Of a stretch of 64,000 bases of DNA, positions 59,318 through 64,000 are shown one piece after another; the stretch's first letter is position 1; every line of letters begins with the position of its first letter. Below the pieces are notes generated by a model that saw only the letters and a program-made list of their open reading frames with translations, did no database searches and had not been told where the DNA came from. The translations under genes were made by a program, and so were the position numbers. This DNA comes from a virus, in IMG/VR virus record IMGVR_UViG_3300050821_002279, positions 12,956 to 76,955 of that record; one strand, 5' to 3'.

Positions 59318-59826
59318 GTCCTTCCAGATTTTATGTTCCTGACAGTACTTACGTGAATGTTAAAATCTAAGGCGATCAATCGCCAGCTATCCTTACAACT
59401 TCTGATGTGCAGAACGTCTTGGCTGGTAAGCTTTCCGTTATTGTTCTCAGTAACTGTGGTGCCGTGCCTGTGCTTATCCGATGCGTTCTCTAAAGGTGTT
59501 TTGTAAATCACGTTGCACGCTCTATCGTCTCCAGGGTTTCCGTTATCATGCGCGACTTCTTTTCCATCCGGCTTCGGCCCATTAAAAGCCAAAGCGACAA
59601 GTTTGCACACTTTAACTGGTATGCGTTTTCCGCTCACAGAATGCATCAGGCCAACGTTGCGATATCCATCCCAATCTTCGCCCCCGTGAATGATATGCGG
59701 CTTACTTTTGGTTCGTCCCGCATACCTCCTAGCCCTCCAGCTTCTTACCCTTCCCAGATTGCTTACCTCGTATCTGTCGAAGCCGCATATTGGGACTGGC
59801 CTCCATTCCTCGGGTTCGACGCTCAT
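59302..59826 (-). CDS. NUMOD4/HNH homing endonuclease
   Basis: 'EEWRPVP.....YEVSNLGRVRS' and 'LVALAF.GPKP.GKEVAHDNGNPGDDRACN'. Confidence 0.85.
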   Translation of the reverse strand: MSVEPEEWRPVPICGFDRYEVSNLGRVRSWRARRYAGRTKSKPHIIHGGEDWDGYRNVGLMHSVSGKRIPVKVCKLVALAFNGPKPDGKEVAHDNGNPGDDRACNVIYKTPLENASDKHRHGTTVTENNNGKLTSQDVLHIRSCKDSWRLIALDFNIHVSTVRNIKSGRTWGWL

Positions 59827-60509
59827 GATTGTTCATTCGTCGCCGCAACCCAAACAGCGCGAAGCAGAGCGTTAAATCTCGGTGGCCTTGCTTCCGGCTC
59901 GGAGATGTTCAGCAATTCGTTGCAGAGACGGTACCAAGCCTGCGAAGCTTCACCGTCTTTGAGATTCGCGGCCTGTCGATAGGTCTGCTCGATTTTATGT
60001 TTGCGGTCTTTGGATTTCACGCGATAGCAACAGGCTTTGATCGCTTCACTTCCACGTCATTGCGCGTCGTTCCAGCGTTGGAGAGTGGGCGTTTAGGGCT
60101 GGGTTTGCTCATTCTTCTCCACGTAAAGCTTGAAAATCACCTTGCGAGTAAAGCCGTCCACCGTGTATTCGTATTTAACGATCTTCTCTCCCGGCTTCGG
60201 TTTGAATCCTTCCGCGAAGTAACGAAGCACATCATCAAAGTTGTGCTCTTGGAATTTGATTTCTACGGTTTTCATTCAATTCACTCCCCAGAACAACACC
60301 GCCACAGTTCTCCCGTTAATCACCATGTTTGTTGAGAATTTGATTGCCTGAAGCGAATCATAGTTCGGCGCGGATTGCCACGGATAAACGTCACTCTTCA
60401 TGCATTCCATTTGATCGCTCGGCTTCCAGAGATAAACCTTGGCCCAGTCTGGGAGAAGATCCACGTCTCGGAGGAAAGAAAGGCGGCAGCAGGGATCGGC
60501 AAAGTTCAT
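59823..60509 (-). other. Small early ORFs (59823-60020, 60093-60275, 60276-60509)
   Basis: Closely packed minus-strand ORFs. Confidence 0.4.
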
Positions 60510-60861
60510 GGAAAAGTACAGAGTAAGGCAAATCCTCCCGCATTTCCGCCAGAGACAAAGCTTGGTCGGACAACGCATTTACGTGTAGCTACGGAGCAAC
60601 CCGGCGCTGGCATGTCTTTATTCCGAGCCCCAACACCTTGTCTCAATCCCGCACGGCTCGTCCGATTTCTCAGGCTATCGGTGCCCAGTCTTGGTTTTGC
60701 ACGGTTCAAGAGCATACAACCGGCAGTTGAGCGCCTCGAAATAAATGGGGCACTTGGTTCTAAGAGGGGGAAATTGCAAAAGGAGGGGCTAGTTCCCAAC
60801 CAAGTACCCCGAAAGGGGATTTTTTCGCATCTCGGCCTCTTAGTTCCGATACTGCGAGTGA

Positions 60862-60891
60862 ATGATAAAGCTTCGTTCATCGACTTGTCAA
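60862..60891 (-). promoter_or_regulatory. Sigma70-like promoter
   Basis: TTGACA (60891-60886)-18 nt-TATCAT (60867-60862). Confidence 0.55.
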
Positions 60892-60963
60892 GAACGGACA
60901 CCCGGTTTCATCTGTTTTCAACACCTTTCGGCGCTAGCCCCAGAATCCACCGGATGCCCTGAA

Positions 60964-62277
60964 TTATTTCCAGGCTTTGATCTCGCTGGCCCACTTCGGG
61001 ATGTGAACTGAAATGCTCAGAAGTTTCGTGGACGCAAGCTCATCCAGCTTTTGGCCTTCGCGGGCTAATTTTTTTGCCCTGAGGAAGGTCATTAAAGCGT
61101 CGTAAGTGATACAGGCTTTTCGCGCCACGACCTTGACGCTGGCCAGTTCGTCGGTATCGCCTTGTTTCGGGCTCCAGGCCGGATCTGCTGCCGCTTGAGC
61201 ATCCTCGTTGTTTAAAGTCTCACCAGAAGCTTGTTCTTTCTGCTCAGATTGAGCCTGGACAGCTTTTTGAGCCTCGGAAGGTGTCTCGGCAGGCTTTTCC
61301 GTCTTCTGCACGTCTGTAGGGGCGGCTTTAGCGTTTTCGAAGGATACGTTATCGCTACCTAACCCCGGACCTTGCTCGGCAGATTTTGCCGCATCGGGCT
61401 TGGTTTCGGGCTTCGTTGCTTCTTTTGTACCGGAAGCGCCCTGTGTGGCAAGTGTGTGAGCGGTTGGAGTGGGCTTATTCTTGTCCTGCGATTGCTGTCC
61501 TTGAGCCTCTGGCATTGGGAAAGCCGATTCGTAGGTTTCGTCCCCGTCCTGTATCGCAGTCTTCAAGCCAGTAAGCCTGAGTAGATGGTCATCTGTCACA
61601 TCTCCCCAGCCTTTCACGCCAAGTGCTGTGAATACTCGGGTCTCGGCATTGTCCATCTTGATACCGCTCACCCAGGCTTTAGCCTTCTTCCGGCGTTCCT
61701 CCAAGGGCTTACCTTGACCGGCAGCAACCTTCTTCGCTGCTTCGAATACCGGCTTGCACAGTGCTCGCGGTACTACTTTAAAGCAGGCGTCCCGATAAGC
61801 TTTGGCAAGACATACCTTTGCCGTCAAAGCTCGTTGCCGTTCGGAGTAAGGCTTTCCCTGCTTATTCACGGTGGACTCCATGCACTCCGACTTCCCGGCG
61901 TAATTGCTCTCCAAGTCGTGAGCAACACCCTCGCAGCGTACAAAGCGTTCGGTTTGCTCGACGATTCTGGCCGCAACCCGGATATTTCCGTAGGATGCCG
62001 CAACGATTTCCGCGAGCCGGATTGAAGCGCCCTCCGCGTATTTTTCAACCCACTCGCCTTTTTCGTTCTGCTCGCGCCCCACAGGACGGCAGTAGATGCA
62101 ACTCTCTGCGGATTCCTCGTCCAGGGTTGCCATCGACAATGCCCGCTTCTTGAACTGCTCCAAGGAACGCGGGTACTGGTGGGCCGTCGCAACCTGCGTA
62201 TCGATCTGCGCCCGCTCCATCGCCATGATTGCAGATGGCGGTAAAACTTCCATCGGTTCTGTGTCGTGATTGTCCAT
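60964..62277 (-). CDS. Phage protein, possibly recombination or ssDNA-annealing related
   Basis: Conserved-looking N-domain ('QVATAHQYPR', 'EGASIRLAE.VA..YGN', 'DLESN') and a low-complexity linker; near the Cas4-like exonuclease. Confidence 0.5.
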   Translation of the reverse strand: MDNHDTEPMEVLPPSAIMAMERAQIDTQVATAHQYPRSLEQFKKRALSMATLDEESAESCIYCRPVGREQNEKGEWVEKYAEGASIRLAEIVAASYGNIRVAARIVEQTERFVRCEGVAHDLESNYAGKSECMESTVNKQGKPYSERQRALTAKVCLAKAYRDACFKVVPRALCKPVFEAAKKVAAGQGKPLEERRKKAKAWVSGIKMDNAETRVFTALGVKGWGDVTDDHLLRLTGLKTAIQDGDETYESAFPMPEAQGQQSQDKNKPTPTAHTLATQGASGTKEATKPETKPDAAKSAEQGPGLGSDNVSFENAKAAPTDVQKTEKPAETPSEAQKAVQAQSEQKEQASGETLNNEDAQAAADPAWSPKQGDTDELASVKVVARKACITYDALMTFLRAKKLAREGQKLDELASTKLLSISVHIPKWASEIKAWK

Positions 62278-62291
62278 AGTGATTGTGTGGT

Positions 62292-62776
62292 TTAATTCAA
62301 AATCTTGCTCAATTTAGGAATTATATCTCGGATGTCGCAAACAAGGGTCTTTTGAACCCCGCCGACTTCCTTCGTGAAAATTAGCCACGGAGTTCCAACT
62401 CCCGCCCCACAGTCTAAGCTTATCTTGTCTTTCCCCGCATTGCCTTCTAGCCAATTAATGCGCAATCCGCATTGAATACAGGATTCAACCTCCTTGAACT
62501 CAAGGTTTACTTTATGGGATTTCATCTCCCCATAGCCTTCCTGCATTGCTTTAAAGCCAACTCGGGATATCCAAGCTCCAGCGCGTTCTGGATTAATTGC
62601 ACTTGGAACAAAAGCTCTTCATTCCGCGTGATTAACTTCGCAAGTTGCGCGGAGAAGACTTCGGGAAGATGCTTTGGTACGACTTCGGCGCTTCCTCGCA
62701 TTGAAGCAAGGGTTGGCGTGCCGTTCATTCGCACGTTGACCTCGTGGATTTGTTGCTGGTTAAGAAAGTCGCTCAT
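62292..62776 (-). other. Two small hypothetical ORFs (62292-62546, 62522-62776)
   Basis: Closely packed minus-strand ORFs. Confidence 0.4.
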
Positions 62777-62777
62777 T

Positions 62778-63104
62778 TCAGTCGATGACTTGCCGGGCCA
62801 TGTTTTTAAAGTAATCGAACTCCTTCACCCGCCCGATTTCCCAGATGCCCGGCGAAAGCTTAATTGGCTTGTGTTCTTCGTGAACGACTGTTGCGGCCTT
62901 GGTGAGCTTGAGAAGCATTCGTTCGCCAATCTCGATTAGCTCGGCCTCATCGTCATCGATAACGTGACTGTGCCCAGATTCGCCGTGGGCAAGGACCAGT
63001 CGCTTGCGCGTGATTTTGGCCTCGGTGATGTCAGGCATGGCATCAAGGCGCTTGCCGATCACGTCGCCTTGCTGGAATGTGCTTTTTGCAATTTTGAGTT
63101 TCAT
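62778..63104 (-). CDS. His-rich phage protein usually found beside DUF6745-like genes
   Basis: 'QQGDV', 'VLAHGESGHSH' and 'HEEH..I.L.PG.W....V.EFD'. Start ATG 63104. Confidence 0.65.
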   Translation of the reverse strand: MKLKIAKSTFQQGDVIGKRLDAMPDITEAKITRKRLVLAHGESGHSHVIDDDEAELIEIGERMLLKLTKAATVVHEEHKPIKLSPGIWEIGRVKEFDYFKNMARQVID

Positions 63105-63282
63105 TTTTTCTTCGGTGGTATTAGTGTTTTTAACGTTTCCAAATCTTTCCCCGAAATGACGACACAAATATTCGTGCCCTCTGGTATGATGTGAATGGCA
63201 TTGCCAACCACCGCAAAGCTTTCGGGCGCTTTTGGAGAAATACCGCGCCATGCATGTTTGGCCTGCCTGTAATCGAATGCGT

Positions 63283-64000
63283 TCACGTCAGAACTTCGGC
63301 ATCCACGTGCCAGCCTTGGTTTCTCCAGTTAAGGCTTTCGGTGATTGTTTTGCATGACGGGTCCACCCCTTCAAGGTGAAATGTTTGAATGGAGGGGTTG
63401 ATCATGCGCAAATAGCGCGCATCTCGGACCTCATCGGAAAGCTTTATTGAAAGCAATTCGTAGTTGCCCCGCTTATCTAAGGATTTATGTGGCAGCTTTG
63501 CCAGCATTCGCTCAATCCCGACCTTTCGCAGCAATTCCCGGCGACGATCCGCGTTCGGCTCTTTCAAAACAGAATCCGGCTCGATCTTTTCGGCAGGCGT
63601 TAAGACTTGTTCCGGCTCCATAGCGATACCGTTTAGATAAAAAAGTTTCCAGCCATCCGAATATTCAAGGGCAGCGGCTTCGTCTTTGTGTAGTTGGCCG
63701 GATGCGTTCCGGGAGATGGACGATGGGCGGCTTCCGACAATGAGGATGTTATCCAGCGGATAAAACAACCCAAGCTCCGCGCAGGACTCCAAATAACCGT
63801 AGTCATTAGGGATTCCAGAAACCCCGATAAATTCCATTGCGCGAACCCAAGCGAAGTATTGCGCCCAGAAGTGTCCGGAAAAATAGGGCCAGATGAAAGA
63901 CTCCACTTGCGACCACACTTGCGACCACACTTGCGACTCCACTTGCGACCCCACTTGCGACCACACTTGCGACCGCACTTGCGACTCCACTTGCGACCCC
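63283..64000 (-). CDS. DUF6745-like protein, 5'-truncated by the window edge
   Basis: xSQV tetrapeptide repeats followed by 'RP..ISRN..GQLH.D...ALEY.DGW..F.LNG' and 'YLRM.NPS'. Confidence 0.65.
   Translation of the reverse strand, partial: GSQVESQVRSQVWSQVGSQVESQVWSQVWSQVESFIWPYFSGHFWAQYFAWVRAMEFIGVSGIPNDYGYLESCAELGLFYPLDNILIVGSRPSSISRNASGQLHKDEAAALEYSDGWKLFYLNGIAMEPEQVLTPAEKIEPDSVLKEPNADRRRELLRKVGIERMLAKLPHKSLDKRGNYELLSIKLSDEVRDARYLRMINPSIQTFHLEGVDPSCKTITESLNWRNQGWHVDAEVLT
63900..64000. repeat. 12-nt tandem coding repeat (CACTTGCGAC core)
   Basis: About 8 visible units encoding (W/E/G/R)SQV; runs off the window end. Confidence 0.9.

Noticed and set aside
1-64000. tRNA or rRNA genes, integrase/att sites, diversity-generating retroelement
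   Set aside because: None was recognised by eye, and no reverse transcriptase or recombinase ORF is apparent. Lifestyle cannot be determined from this window.

Overview
This window looks like most of a tailed dsDNA bacteriophage genome with podovirus-like gene content. A Verrucomicrobiota-like host is only a weak inference. From left to right it carries: a replication initiator and DnaB helicase (+); a tail and DNA-ejection module (-, 3.1-18.6 kb); terminase and portal (+); a block of ATP-grasp, DHH, glycosyltransferase and methyltransferase genes; a scaffold-like gene and a major capsid gene split by a 276-nt group I intron; tail-fibre and carbohydrate-active proteins that all carry signal-peptide-like N-termini; holin-like membrane genes; and early or recombination genes (-). 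Six free-standing HNH-type endonucleases are scattered through it. The most striking element is a self-contained minus-strand unit at 25925-27229 with its own promoter and terminator. It encodes a lone Cas7/RAMP-like protein flanked by non-coding arrays of in-register pentamers (GGY-like triplet plus variable NN), arranged as 14, 28, 28 and 21 units, with 13-nt hairpins separating the three downstream blocks. The NN dinucleotides of the leader array match, in a read-2-skip-1 pattern, a site just downstream of the unit's own predicted promoter. This suggests an RNA-guided system that reads a gapped code. All protein assignments come from motif recognition by eye; no database searches were run.
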